Origin: Opitutales bacterium
GTDB lineage: Bacteria > Verrucomicrobiota > Verrucomicrobiia > Opitutales > JAFGAQ01
DNA: 64,000 nucleotides
Assembly: GCA_033813415.1 (NCBI GenBank)
Contig: JAPXRV010000006.1
Span: 10,384-74,383 of the forward strand
Reading direction: 5' to 3'
Shown here: positions 12,357-22,800 of the stretch, in pieces
How positions within the stretch are numbered: position 1 is the stretch's first letter
How the letters are laid out: the number at the start of each line of letters is the position of its first letter
Position numbers and translations under genes: made by a program
The notes under the pieces: generated by a model
The model's input: the letters and a program-made list of their open reading frames with translations, nothing else
Database searches by the model: none
Told to the model about the DNA's origin: nothing

Positions 12357-13475
12357 ATGGACACCCTTGAAAAACTTCGCCTCCTTTCGGATGCTTCCAG
12401 ATATGATCTGGCCTGTGCCTGCGGGACGAAAGATGGTGATCACCGCAAGCGTGGAGAGGACGGCACATGGCTCTATCCGGTGAGTCTGGCAAACGGAGGG
12501 AAGCAGATCATGCTAAAGACACTCATGTCCAATGTGTGTAGCAGTGATTGCGCCTATTGCCCCTATCGCAGCTCCATGGATGTGCGCAGATGCTCGCTTC
12601 TGCCCGATGAAGTGGCATCCATCTTCATGGAATATGTCCGGCAGCGAAAGGTCATTGGGCTATTCCTGAGCAGCGGAGTAGTGGGAACGCCGGATCGCAC
12701 CATGGAAATGCTCACGTCAACTGCGGCGATACTGCGCAAAAAGCATGCTTACCGTGGCCACATTCATCTCAAAGTCATTCCCGGTTCATCGCATGCGGCT
12801 ATCGACGCAGCCTTGTCCCTAGCGAACGCGGTCTCGGTCAACATCGAGACTCCCGGGGAAAAGCATTGCGCAAGGCTCTCCGGCAGGAAGCGATTCCTTG
12901 AAGACATCATTGGACCCATGCAGTACATTGCCCACCAAACCGGCAAGGGAATGAAGCATTCACGTGTGCGCCAGAGCACTCAGTTTATTGTCGGAGCATC
13001 CGACGAGACCGATGCGGAAATCGTCACCTATACATCTGCTCTCTACCGCAAACTGGATCTCAACAGGGTGTATTTTTCCGCCTACCAGCGCGGATTGGGC
13101 CGGAACGACATTCCGGGTGAACAAAGGGAAGACGGCTCCAAAGAGGAAGGTTTCTTGCGCGAGCACCGACTCTACCAAGTGGACTTTTTGTTGAGAAAAT
13201 ACGGCTTTCAAAAGGATGAAATCCCCTTCGACGCGGAAGGCAGACTGTTAAAGAATCGCGACCCCAAACGTGTATGGGCGGATAGCCATCCCGATCGATT
13301 CCCGATCGACGTCAACACTGCCACGGCATTCGAGCTACTCCGCGTACCAGGCATCGGACCTGAAACCGCCAACCGCATTGTTAATCAACGCAAGACCGGA
13401 CGGATCAACTCGGTCGACCACCTTCCCTTCAAAGGCAAACGCCTGGCTGACGCCCGCCCCTTTCTCAAGGTTTAG
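12357..13475 (+). CDS. Radical SAM protein of the 'putative DNA modification/repair' type with C-terminal helix-hairpin-helix
   Basis: N-terminus MDTLEKLRLLSDASRYDLACACG, a CX3CX2C cluster (CSSDCAYC) and a C-terminal HhH (LLRVPGIGPETANRIV). Confidence 0.8.
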   Translation: MDTLEKLRLLSDASRYDLACACGTKDGDHRKRGEDGTWLYPVSLANGGKQIMLKTLMSNVCSSDCAYCPYRSSMDVRRCSLLPDEVASIFMEYVRQRKVIGLFLSSGVVGTPDRTMEMLTSTAAILRKKHAYRGHIHLKVIPGSSHAAIDAALSLANAVSVNIETPGEKHCARLSGRKRFLEDIIGPMQYIAHQTGKGMKHSRVRQSTQFIVGASDETDAEIVTYTSALYRKLDLNRVYFSAYQRGLGRNDIPGEQREDGSKEEGFLREHRLYQVDFLLRKYGFQKDEIPFDAEGRLLKNRDPKRVWADSHPDRFPIDVNTATAFELLRVPGIGPETANRIVNQRKTGRINSVDHLPFKGKRLADARPFLKV

Positions 13476-14256
13476 CCGCCCGCATCAACCATGCGGTCAA
13501 TCCCTCGGGATCCGACCACTGCGGGTTATGATCCGCTTCATAATCCCAAACCATCCATCCACGCGATCTCGCCCGCTCCGCAAATGGAAAAAAGGCATCG
13601 TCTTCAGGTTTTGTGCCAAGATCATATGTCAGAATAAAAACGGATCGAATCGCACGGGCTGCTTCCTGATTGGAAAGTTTGATACCTTGGATGACCGTCT
13701 TCGTCGGGTGTGGGACATCATGGGGAATCGGGGTTTCGGGAGTAACCCACTCGGGCACCACATAGGCTTGAGATTCGGAGACATCCCATTTCAGAAGGCT
13801 ATTGAGACTCTCGCCATTCTCTGGAAGCAGCGCATCCAAATACACAATACAACCGATCCTCTCAGGAATCCGGTCTGCGACACCCGTCACAACCATTCCA
13901 CCATAGCTGTGACCAACCAACACCACATTCTTCAAATCCTCCCACAGAATAACATTCACCACGTCCTGAATGTGCAGATTGAGATCAATATCTTCATTCG
14001 CCAAATGATGCCGCTCACCCTGTCCGGTGAGCGTGGGACGGTACACCGTGTGCCCCTCCGCCCGAAGAAGTCGATCAACTTCCCTGAAAGCCCAACCGCC
14101 ACCCCATGCTCCATGCACGATAACAAAAGTCTTCGACTCCTTCTCATCGACGGACGCTCCTCCGTCAATCGATACACCGGAGTTTTGCGCCCACAGGGAA
14201 ACGCTGCCCAAGATGAAGGTCATCATGACCAGTAGACGGATAGGGGTTTGGCTCAT
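13465..14256 (-). CDS. Secreted alpha/beta hydrolase (esterase-like)
   Basis: Signal peptide, an oxyanion region (FVIVHGAWGGGW) and a nucleophile elbow (GHSYGG). Confidence 0.75.
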   Translation of the reverse strand: MSQTPIRLLVMMTFILGSVSLWAQNSGVSIDGGASVDEKESKTFVIVHGAWGGGWAFREVDRLLRAEGHTVYRPTLTGQGERHHLANEDIDLNLHIQDVVNVILWEDLKNVVLVGHSYGGMVVTGVADRIPERIGCIVYLDALLPENGESLNSLLKWDVSESQAYVVPEWVTPETPIPHDVPHPTKTVIQGIKLSNQEAARAIRSVFILTYDLGTKPEDDAFFPFAERARSRGWMVWDYEADHNPQWSDPEGLTAWLMRAAKP

Positions 14257-14391
14257 GCATTGTCTCCTATCTTATTCTTGGGAGGATTGTCAATTCCCAC
14301 ACAATTATCGGCAATGCGACACGATAAGCCCCTTCTCCTGAGCATTCATTCCGCTTGCAACACCCGACCATACCTTCGTATGAGGAAAAAC

Positions 14392-14817
14392 ATGACAAAA
14401 ACCGATGTCTTTTCCTTCATCAACGAGAACATGTCCTGCAACCTCGCGACCTGTATCGATAACAAACCGCAGACACGATGGATGCTCATGTACAAAGCCG
14501 ATTTCGACGGGATCGTTTTTCACACCGGAACCATGAGAGACCTCTATCGATCACTCCTCGCAAACCCACAGGTTGAGTTGTGTTTTTTCAATGGAAAACC
14601 GGAGAACATGATTCAGATCCGTGTCAGTGGGACAGTGGAAGAGGACAAGGATCCCGTGCTTCGAAAGGAAATCATTCAAGCCCGTCCGTTTCTCAACAAA
14701 GTGATTGCCGAATACGGGGAGGAGTCGATCGCTCCCTTCCGCCTCCGCAACATGGTGGCGAGTGTCTGGACCATGGAGAAAAACACCGAGCCCAAAGAAA
14801 TGATTCCACTCGACTAA
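14392..14817 (+). CDS. Pyridoxamine 5'-phosphate oxidase-like FMN-binding protein
   Basis: MTKTDVFSFINENMSCNLATC...IVFHTGTMRDLYRSL...VELCFFN pattern typical of the PNPOx split-barrel family. Start trimmed to the internal ATG at 14392. Confidence 0.7.
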   Translation: MTKTDVFSFINENMSCNLATCIDNKPQTRWMLMYKADFDGIVFHTGTMRDLYRSLLANPQVELCFFNGKPENMIQIRVSGTVEEDKDPVLRKEIIQARPFLNKVIAEYGEESIAPFRLRNMVASVWTMEKNTEPKEMIPLD

Positions 14818-15619
14818 GCAACCGTTTCACGGATCTCTCCACCAACACAGATTTTGGGAGGAAAACTCCCTTTCGGGAGATTCATCGCCGCGGACCCGGC
14901 CGAAACCAATCTTCAACCCGGATCGCGGGAAATCAAATGGCAGCCTCTGTCTTTTCAATAGTCTTCTCTTCACCTCCCGACCTCAGCATATATTTCTCCA
15001 TTACCCCAATTCCGTATGCCATATGTACAATGTAACATGGCACATCTGGCAACGACTAGGTCGTATACCACGAGAAGAATAAAGATCCTGTTTAGATCCT
15101 CTCATGAATGACAAAAACTCACGGCATTGATCCCCATCCCCGCGATGCAGGGAAAGGGATTGTATCGCCGGTATCATCCGGGGAATTGACGGTCCATTGG
15201 AGCAGGAAACGAACGCATGGCTTTAGCGTATTTTATCGCCTTGCGTTTGGCGGCACTACGCCGTCCCATCTCACGACAGGCTTCCTGATAAGTCATCCTC
15301 TCTTCCGCCATCAACCGATAGACTTTGTGAAGGAAAGGCTTCATGATATAATCATCGACCCGGACTCCATCATTCAAAGCAGAATGGGAGCCATTTACAC
15401 TCTATTACCCAGTATTTACCCGCCCTTCACCAGTCTGTGACCACGGAACCAATCCCAAATAGCAACCCTCTCAAATCAACCACATTCATAAGGGCTGACA
15501 GAGCCGTCTCTTTCACCAATGGTCAGGCCCGAACTTTCAAATGCTGTCATGCTATTTCAACCCGGACCGGCGGCAGGTCTTATGCCGCCCATCTCCAGCA
15601 ACGCGAAATTTCCGGATGT

Positions 15620-16261
15620 TCAGCCACCCACTGTGGGCACATTCCTAACCCGAACCGTACCGCTCATGGATCGCCGCACGGAAGCCCGTCTTAAAGCACT
15701 CCGGATTGACGGGTCACCGGGAAACCGCAGCATACCAGATTCACACAGTCTTACAGCCTCCGCAGTTCTGCCAAGTTCAAGGTTCAAGTCGGCCGCAGTC
15801 ACCACATCCTGAGGCCGATGGTCCCGACACTCAATCAGCTTGTCGCAAGCCATGAGAGCCGTTTCCAACCAGCCAAGCGCCCTCGACGCCTCAAGCGTAA
15901 TGAGTAGCGCAAGGCGGTGATGAGGGTTCAACGCCAACACACGATCCGAAAGCAGGATTGCGCCGCCCGGATTTTTTTTGACTCCACGGTGCCCAGGCAG
16001 CATCAAGGCTAAAACTGATGTTCTTATCCTCATTCCAATGGAAGCACGGTTCGTGTCGACATCCCTGGCTGTCGATCTGGCATCCCACAGCAGCAATCGG
16101 ACGCCTGCATGCTCTGGAAAACGATTCACCCAATCTGCTGACAGCGCTGAGACATAGGAAACATTACCTTTTTCCAAAGCCAATCGTGCATCCCTTATCA
16201 TACGGGACATCCGGAGACCCGCGTCCCCGGGATTCTCAGCTCTGGCCTGCATGTTCATCAC
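15620..16261 (-). CDS. Hypothetical protein, helical (TPR-like) appearance
   Basis: 213-aa ORF with helical-repeat-like sequence (LALNPHHRLALLITLEASRALGWLETALMACDKLIE). No family recognised. Confidence 0.4.
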   Translation of the reverse strand: MMNMQARAENPGDAGLRMSRMIRDARLALEKGNVSYVSALSADWVNRFPEHAGVRLLLWDARSTARDVDTNRASIGMRIRTSVLALMLPGHRGVKKNPGGAILLSDRVLALNPHHRLALLITLEASRALGWLETALMACDKLIECRDHRPQDVVTAADLNLELGRTAEAVRLCESGMLRFPGDPSIRSALRRASVRRSMSGTVRVRNVPTVGG

Positions 16262-16426
16262 ATAACGGAATTCACAATATACTTGAAAAATCCGTCATGA
16301 AGTCAATTTCCATTCATGGATTGCTTACTCGCTACCAACAGCACTTCAATAATCAGCATTTTGAAAAAAAATAAGAGGCCAAAGAGACCAGAACACTTGC
16401 CCAACCCGATTCCCTGAAAGCAGGAG

Positions 16427-17779
16427 TCAATCGAGAACCCGAAGATCCTTTCGCGCAGCATCCGACAACTCGGCCAACGCATGCTCCACCTGCTCCGTGT
16501 CAGGACACTCGGCGAGAAGCCGGATTTTGGTCTCGGTTCCGGAGTATCGCACCAACAAACGACCCCGGCCACCCAATCTGGATGTCCAACGTTCCTGAAC
16601 TTTCTGGAGGTGATGCAGCTGGTCCATGGGAAGTTTTTCAGCCAACCTCAAGTTTATCATCCGGGATGGAAACAGCCTGAACAGCTTGCCCAACTCTGCC
16701 AAGCTGCGACCTGCGTTTCGCATCGCCTCAACAAGTTTCAGCAAAGCTACCAATCCATCTCCGGTCGGCAAGTAGCGACTGAAAACATAGTGTCCCGAGT
16801 TCTCACCACCAAACCACAGGCCCTTTTCCCTCATGGCGATGCTCACATTGCGATCCCCGACATCCGTCCGGATAACAGATGCCCCAAGCGCATCCTCCAG
16901 GTAAACATCCAAACCAAGATTACTCTGGATCGTTGTAACCAAAGGGTGATCCACTCCCGCTTTCTCACCATCGCAATAGGTGGACACGATTCCCATGAAA
17001 TGCTCTCCAGACAACACATACCCAAGGTGATCGACCGCGATCACGCGATCGCCATCTCCGTCGTGGGCAAAGCCGAGGTCGCAATTATGTTCCTTGACAA
17101 GGCGAGCCACATTTCCAGGAAACTCACTGCCAACGCCTGCATTGATATTTCGACCATCGGGAGCATCTCCGCTGGTAAAAACCGTTGCCCCCAAATACCT
17201 GAGAACCGCTGGAGTAAATCCAGCCGTCGCCCCATTTGCGGTGTCCAATGCGATTCGCATGCCATCCAATCGTTGCCCCGACCATCCCTTGGCAAAATCC
17301 ACAGGATCCGGAGCCTGCAAATCCGGCAGCACAAAACCTGAACTATGGTCGATTGCCTTTGTGATGCGTTCATCCAACAATGCCTCAATCTCTGCTTCAT
17401 CCTTTGGATCAAGCTTACATCCGTTCGCCGCGAAGAGTTTGAAACCATTGTCCGAAGCAGGGTTATGAGAGGCCGTCAGCACAACAGCCATACCACCGCC
17501 TCGCTCGATCAAGCACCGAGCCGCAAACGGAGTCGGCACAACCCCCAACCAAACCACCGGGCGCCCAAAATCCGCAAAACCGGAAGCAAGCGATCCCGCC
17601 AACTCTTCGCCAGACTCACGGGTGTCTCTCGCTATGTACACGGATCGATCCCGCAGCAAGCCACGCTTGAGCATGAAGGCATCAACCGCATGCGCGAATT
17701 CGCGGGCAAATCCGGCAACAATCGGATAGCGTCCCACAGTGCCCCGGATTCCATCCGTTCCAAAATATCGGAGTTTCAT
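16427..17779 (-). CDS. glmM: Phosphoglucosamine mutase
   Basis: MKLRYFGTDGIRG N-terminus, active-site TASHNPASDNG, and a metal site DGDGDR. Start ATG at 17779 overlaps the trpD stop (ATGA). Confidence 0.9.
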   Translation of the reverse strand: MKLRYFGTDGIRGTVGRYPIVAGFAREFAHAVDAFMLKRGLLRDRSVYIARDTRESGEELAGSLASGFADFGRPVVWLGVVPTPFAARCLIERGGGMAVVLTASHNPASDNGFKLFAANGCKLDPKDEAEIEALLDERITKAIDHSSGFVLPDLQAPDPVDFAKGWSGQRLDGMRIALDTANGATAGFTPAVLRYLGATVFTSGDAPDGRNINAGVGSEFPGNVARLVKEHNCDLGFAHDGDGDRVIAVDHLGYVLSGEHFMGIVSTYCDGEKAGVDHPLVTTIQSNLGLDVYLEDALGASVIRTDVGDRNVSIAMREKGLWFGGENSGHYVFSRYLPTGDGLVALLKLVEAMRNAGRSLAELGKLFRLFPSRMINLRLAEKLPMDQLHHLQKVQERWTSRLGGRGRLLVRYSGTETKIRLLAECPDTEQVEHALAELSDAARKDLRVLD

Positions 17780-18840
17780 GAACGAAAGAAAGACTGAGCT
17801 TGCTCTAACCAAGCCGCGACAGATCCATCCTGCAAAGCCCGCTCCACGCGGGTATAACCCTCATGTGCGTCTTTGACTTTACCCACGACCAGCAAGGCAA
17901 CCCCTGCGTTGAGACAAACCGTCTTAACCAAATCAACAGAGCCTCTACCGCTAAGCAGTTCATGCATCATCCGCATGTTATCCTGAGCATCGCCGCCCGC
18001 AAGCGCTCGAACGTCACCGGGACCCACGGCATCCAGGAGCGAGCGAAGCCCGCTTTCATGGGATTCGTCCCAATCCCCGGCCCCGGCAACAATGTTGGTT
18101 CCGACATGGGATAATTCATCCATACCGGAATGCTCACTCAAACGGCAGTGCACAACCAGCCCGCGCTTCACGGGAATCGCATCCAAAGTTTCTGCAAGCG
18201 GCCTGACCCAAGCCGGAGAGAAAACACCCAGCAATTGGTGCGCGGGCCTCCCCGGGTTGATCAAAGGCCCAATAATGTTGAAAACCGACTTCCGCCCTTC
18301 GGCAGCCAACTCCCGGCGAACCGGCATGACTGCCTTGAAAGCCGGGTGATAGGCCGGGGCAAACAAGAATACGAAATTCAGACGCTCCATCGACTCCAGA
18401 AGAACCTCTGGCTCTGCATTCAATGGGATACCCAATGCCTCAAGCACATCCGCACTTCCCGAACGCGATGTAATCGACCGGTTTCCATGTTTGAACACCG
18501 GCACACCCAAACTCGCTAACACAAAAGAAGTGGCCGTTGACACATTGAACGACCCGGATCGATCGCCCCCTGTGCCAACAACATCAATCGCATCGGAAGC
18601 ATACGCATCCAACCCTGGATTCAAGGCCAGTTCACGAAAAAAACGGGCAAAACCTGCCACTTCGGCTGGCTTTTCCCCTTTGTCATGCAGACCCGCCAAA
18701 AATGTTTTTTTGGTGGACACACTCACCTCTTCGGCAATCAACGCCTGACCCGCAGTACGGCATTGATCCTCATTCAGATCTGTCTTTCCCAGAACGAGGC
18801 CTTCGAGTTGTTCCAGTTGCGCTTGAAGGTTCTCCATCAC
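17776..18840 (-). CDS. trpD: Anthranilate phosphoribosyltransferase
   Basis: Glycosyl transferase family 3 motifs (DVVGTGGDRSGSFNVSTA, KHGNRSITSRSGSADVLEALG). Confidence 0.9.
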   Translation of the reverse strand: MMENLQAQLEQLEGLVLGKTDLNEDQCRTAGQALIAEEVSVSTKKTFLAGLHDKGEKPAEVAGFARFFRELALNPGLDAYASDAIDVVGTGGDRSGSFNVSTATSFVLASLGVPVFKHGNRSITSRSGSADVLEALGIPLNAEPEVLLESMERLNFVFLFAPAYHPAFKAVMPVRRELAAEGRKSVFNIIGPLINPGRPAHQLLGVFSPAWVRPLAETLDAIPVKRGLVVHCRLSEHSGMDELSHVGTNIVAGAGDWDESHESGLRSLLDAVGPGDVRALAGGDAQDNMRMMHELLSGRGSVDLVKTVCLNAGVALLVVGKVKDAHEGYTRVERALQDGSVAAWLEQAQSFFRS

Positions 18841-19146
18841 AGGATATTTTGGAATCAGGGATTGCTTGGCTTGTCAACTATCACGCTCTTCACAGAAATC
18901 CCGGTCAAAATCAATTGCACTTATCAAAAGGCGCATAGATTCCCCTATCGATTGACGTAACCCCAGGATTCATAGCCAAACCACGGCGTATTATATTCAA
19001 CACTTTCTTGTTCCGGATGTATTATGAATTCATCGCCTCCACTGCACCGCAATCTGAGGCAAGCAGGAAACTATCATTCCGGAAGTCCAGCATTGCATCG
19101 CACCTCTAATCTATCACACTGACATACACAATTACCTCTTACCTCT

Positions 19147-19824
19147 ATGGAAACCCTTCCCAGGATTCGTCGTCACGAGGAATTCGAGTCTGATATCGCA
19201 GGACAATCGTTCATCGACAACTCCACCCTGTTCAAATGGTATACCGAGGATCATTCGGTATCGAAGCATCTGCTCACGATGTACTCGATCGTGCGAGGGA
19301 TGAATGCGAAGCGCATTCTCGAGATAGGATTTGGAAGATCCTCGAAAGTATTCGCCCGGGCCGCCCATGAAAACGGGGGTGTTTTCACCTGTTGCGATCG
19401 ATCCGCTTTTTCCTACCTGTTCTCGAGGGAAGAACAGGAGGTGACCCACTTCGTTCACGGAAACTCGGATAAGGTCTGGGACTCCATCCGCGAAGAAAAA
19501 GACCTCTATGACTTCGCGTTTCTAGACCATTTTTCCGGCGAAGGGATATCATACCGGTTCTGCCTGCGTGAGATCATCACATGCATGCGAAAGATCCGGG
19601 CAGGAGGGATCATCTGCATTCACGATGTTGCCGACAAACGATACCCCTTGCACCATTTGGCCCACAAACTTGAACGGCATCCCAGTATCAACGCACTGAT
19701 TCTGCCATACCAGCAAGGACTCGCGATTCTGCAGAAATCCGGCCAGAGAATCCTGCACCACAGCATGGAGGACTATGGGATCATCTTGAAATCAGGAATC
19801 CAGCACCGGCTCTTGAAGCATTGA
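19147..19824 (+). CDS. Class I SAM-dependent methyltransferase
   Basis: Motif I-like ILEIGFGRSSKVFARAA, then DFAFLDH and GGIICIHDV motifs. Substrate unknown. Confidence 0.65.
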   Translation: METLPRIRRHEEFESDIAGQSFIDNSTLFKWYTEDHSVSKHLLTMYSIVRGMNAKRILEIGFGRSSKVFARAAHENGGVFTCCDRSAFSYLFSREEQEVTHFVHGNSDKVWDSIREEKDLYDFAFLDHFSGEGISYRFCLREIITCMRKIRAGGIICIHDVADKRYPLHHLAHKLERHPSINALILPYQQGLAILQKSGQRILHHSMEDYGIILKSGIQHRLLKH

Positions 19825-19892
19825 CGGGTTGCGGGAAGCCGGAGTTCCCTGCATAGATAGAATCCCACAGACCCATAACCCTCTATTTCAAG

Positions 19893-20450
19893 GTGACCCA
19901 CGCATCCATTGATTTCATTCTCGGCGCATGCCGCAGTGGCAAGAGCCGGCAAGCAGAACTCCTTGCCAAAGCATCCGGCCGATCGGTCGTTTATGTCGCC
20001 ACATGCCGGACCTCGGGCATTGACCACGAGATGGAGGAGCGGATCAAACGTCACAGGCAGGATCGGCCATCCGACTGGCATACGGTTGAAAACTCATTCG
20101 ATCTGGAAGCACTCGCGATTCAACACCGTGGAGCCACCCTCTTGATTGACTGCCTGACCATGTGGGTTTCCCACCTTTCCGAGCAGCTCGGAACCGAAGA
20201 AGTCCTCAGCAAACTGGAAACCGGACTTCGTGCGATCCGGAATCATGGAGTCCACGCAATTATCGTGAGTAACGAGGTTGGAATGGGAATTGTTCCGGTG
20301 GATGCGGATACCCGACATTGGAGGGACTTGGTCGGATGGGCCAACCAGCTTACGTCCCGCAACGCGGACAATGTCTATTGGATGGTAGCAGGAATTCCAC
20401 TCCAAGTGAAACGGGATGGGGCCAACTGCCAGCTCTGCCCGCATCCATGA
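19893..20450 (+). CDS. cobU: Adenosylcobinamide kinase / adenosylcobinamide-phosphate guanylyltransferase
   Basis: GTG start, P-loop GACRSGKS, and ...HRQDRP..W.T.E... with CLTMWVSH motifs typical of CobU/CobP. Confidence 0.85.
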   Translation: MTHASIDFILGACRSGKSRQAELLAKASGRSVVYVATCRTSGIDHEMEERIKRHRQDRPSDWHTVENSFDLEALAIQHRGATLLIDCLTMWVSHLSEQLGTEEVLSKLETGLRAIRNHGVHAIIVSNEVGMGIVPVDADTRHWRDLVGWANQLTSRNADNVYWMVAGIPLQVKRDGANCQLCPHP

Positions 20451-20463
20451 AGAAAGTTCAGGC

Positions 20464-21015
20464 TTACTCCGATTCCGGTTTGTCCAAACGTGGATGGAGG
20501 GACTTCCACCGTGAAAGCGCCTGCCGCATGGACTCGAATGCGATCCGATCAGACTCCAGTGAATAAGGGTCTTCCCACACGAGCCCATCCACCTCATCCA
20601 GATCAATCGCCACCTGTTGAGATTCCCATTTTGCTTCGAAAAACAAATCCAGCGTTCGATAGGTCAGACCTTTATAAGGATAGGTATTGGGAAATGAACC
20701 AATGTAGTTCATTGCCCCCACCTCAATACCGATCTCCTCCCGGATTTCCCGTCTCAACCCGTCTTCAGCCGTTTCACCAAGGTCGATGAAACCACCCGGC
20801 AAGCCCAGCTTCCCTTTGGCCGGGTCCTTTGCCCTGAGCGTGAACAACACCCGGCCTGCCCCATCGTAAAAAAGAACCCCTGAGGCAGCGGCTGCGTTGA
20901 TGTGGTAATGGAACCCGCATTGTTTGCACACGAAAAGATCCCTGCGAAGTGACGTGAACTCCGGAGATCCACACTTAGGACAGTATTCAAAAACCTTATC
21001 GGCCGTCTGGTCCAT
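20464..21015 (-). CDS. NUDIX hydrolase with N-terminal zinc ribbon (NudC-like)
   Basis: CPKCGSPEF...CKQCG zinc ribbon and a NUDIX box (GGFIDLGETAEDGLRREIREEIG). Start trimmed to MDQTADKV at 21015. Confidence 0.8.
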   Translation of the reverse strand: MDQTADKVFEYCPKCGSPEFTSLRRDLFVCKQCGFHYHINAAAASGVLFYDGAGRVLFTLRAKDPAKGKLGLPGGFIDLGETAEDGLRREIREEIGIEVGAMNYIGSFPNTYPYKGLTYRTLDLFFEAKWESQQVAIDLDEVDGLVWEDPYSLESDRIAFESMRQALSRWKSLHPRLDKPESE

Positions 21016-21228
21016 TACCGATACTGAGATACTCCTCGTATCCAAATGCAACCTCATTGTTGGATGGGATGATGCACCAGAGTGTAACCTTCGGAAACTT
21101 GCATCCAGCCGGGGATTGTGAATCATTCACGTGGAAGGGGCTTTCCGGCCCGATCCATGATCCCGGATGCCACCCGTGATTTCGCTCATTCCCGGGAATT
21201 CACCGAATCCCAAGCCCTTAAACAAATC

Positions 21229-22638
21229 ATGAATCCCAGCAACTCCGATTCCTTCCGCGGAAACCTTTCCTTCGATCCCACCCGGCGCTGTTTCGTGCTA
21301 TCGGACAAGGCCACTCTTTTGAAACGGGAAACTGTCACCGCCCATTATGGGGCAGTGCCTGTGTCCGGTCCATGGATTCTCCAAGCGGATTTAGGTTTTA
21401 CAACCCCGGACCCGGAAGCCGCGGCTGGGATCCACTTTCAGAGATCCCACGATCCCGAATCTGTCTTTGTGACTGCTCGGTTCTCTGGAGAAGGGTCGGC
21501 GAGCATTGCATTCAGATCAGAAGACAATGGTCCGGTTCAGCAAATTCACTGTGGTGGGAAACATTTTGAATCCATTCAGATGGAGCTGAAGGATGATCGG
21601 ATCATCCTTCAGGGTGCCCATCCCGGTGAAGAATGGCAAGTTCTGGGGTCCATCCGGATGCAGATTCCAGCGTCTGGACACGTCGGGCTCTTTGTCGAGC
21701 ATCCGGATCCGGCCAATTTCCTGTGCGCGGGATTCCGGAACGTCCGGCTTACCCTACCAGCTCCAGCCGGCTTCAGACCCTATAAGGATTACATCGGCAG
21801 CCGACTCGAGATCCTCCATCTGCAAGGCTTCACGCGTGAGACGGTGTTCGAAACTCCGGACGGAATCGAAGCGCCGAACTGGACTCCGGACGGGCGTAGC
21901 CTTATCTACAACAGCAAAGGTCTTCTGTTTCGCTTTGACCTTCAAACACGCACCCCATCGCAAATCGATACAGGATTCGCCATCGCCAACAACAACGACC
22001 ACGGGATCTCTCCGTGCGGCAAATGGCTTGCCCTGAGCCACCACAGGGCCGACCGCGACCCGGGAGCTGACTCTTCCGTTTACATTGTCCCGATTGAGGG
22101 AGGCATCCCCAAGCTTGTCACCGACCTCAGCCCATCCTACTGGCATGCCTGGTCGCCGGACGGGACCCATCTCATCTACACCGGAGGTCGGTCCGGTCAA
22201 TATGACATTTACAGTATTCCCATAGAAGGCGGCCCCGAAACCAATCTAACAAACCATCCGATGCTCGACGATGGAGCCGATTATTCCGCCGACGGCAAAT
22301 GGATCTACTTCAATTCACTGCGCACCGGAACCATGCAAATCTGGCGCATGCGACCGAACGGCTCCGAACCTGAACAAATCACCTTCGACTCATTCAATGA
22401 CTGGTTTCCCCATCCCTCCCCGGATGGCAAATGGATCGTATTTCTGTCGTATTCACCGGACATTCCCTTTGGAGATCACCCTTACTATCGTCATGTCATG
22501 ATCCGGATCATGCCAGCCTCCGGAGGTGCGCCCAGAGTCATTGCCCGGCTCTACGGCGGACAAGGAACCATCAATGTCCCCTCCTGGGCCCCGGACAGCC
22601 GCTCTCTCGCGTTTGTCAGTCACACGAATCACCTATAG
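21229..22638 (+). CDS. TolB-like beta-propeller protein with an N-terminal jelly-roll-like domain
   Basis: Repeated PDG(K/R)W/SL...Y motifs (SPDGTHLIY, SADGKWIYF, SPDGKWIVF, APDSRSLAF). Start uncertain (21118 or 21229). Confidence 0.7.
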   Translation: MNPSNSDSFRGNLSFDPTRRCFVLSDKATLLKRETVTAHYGAVPVSGPWILQADLGFTTPDPEAAAGIHFQRSHDPESVFVTARFSGEGSASIAFRSEDNGPVQQIHCGGKHFESIQMELKDDRIILQGAHPGEEWQVLGSIRMQIPASGHVGLFVEHPDPANFLCAGFRNVRLTLPAPAGFRPYKDYIGSRLEILHLQGFTRETVFETPDGIEAPNWTPDGRSLIYNSKGLLFRFDLQTRTPSQIDTGFAIANNNDHGISPCGKWLALSHHRADRDPGADSSVYIVPIEGGIPKLVTDLSPSYWHAWSPDGTHLIYTGGRSGQYDIYSIPIEGGPETNLTNHPMLDDGADYSADGKWIYFNSLRTGTMQIWRMRPNGSEPEQITFDSFNDWFPHPSPDGKWIVFLSYSPDIPFGDHPYYRHVMIRIMPASGGAPRVIARLYGGQGTINVPSWAPDSRSLAFVSHTNHL

Positions 22639-22800
22639 GGCCGAGACGTGCCCCATCGAAAACAACCGGGGCATCTTGCTTTCACTCTAGATTTCGGTTT
22701 CCATCTGTTTGCTGAGCCATTTTGATCATTCCCGGCCACATCCCGGTCGGAACGATTCGCGGGAAACCAATCGAATGGCATCCGAGCGCAATCTTCTGCC

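Noticed and set aside
13270-14235. 321-aa + strand ORF overlapping the alpha/beta hydrolase gene
   Set aside because: A shadow ORF. The minus-strand product has a signal peptide, HGxW and GHSYGG motifs.
15174-15377. 67-aa minus-strand ORF (…MKPFLHKVYRLMAEERMTYQEACREMGRRSAAKRKAIKYAKA…)
   Set aside because: It is plausible as a small basic protein, but I have no family support or conservation evidence, and a competing + strand ORF overlaps it. Left unannotated.
19825-19892. Cobalamin riboswitch upstream of cobU (gcgggaagccgg is reminiscent of the B12 element)
   Set aside because: The gap is only about 68 nt, there is no GCCACTG B12 box, and I could find no multi-stem architecture.
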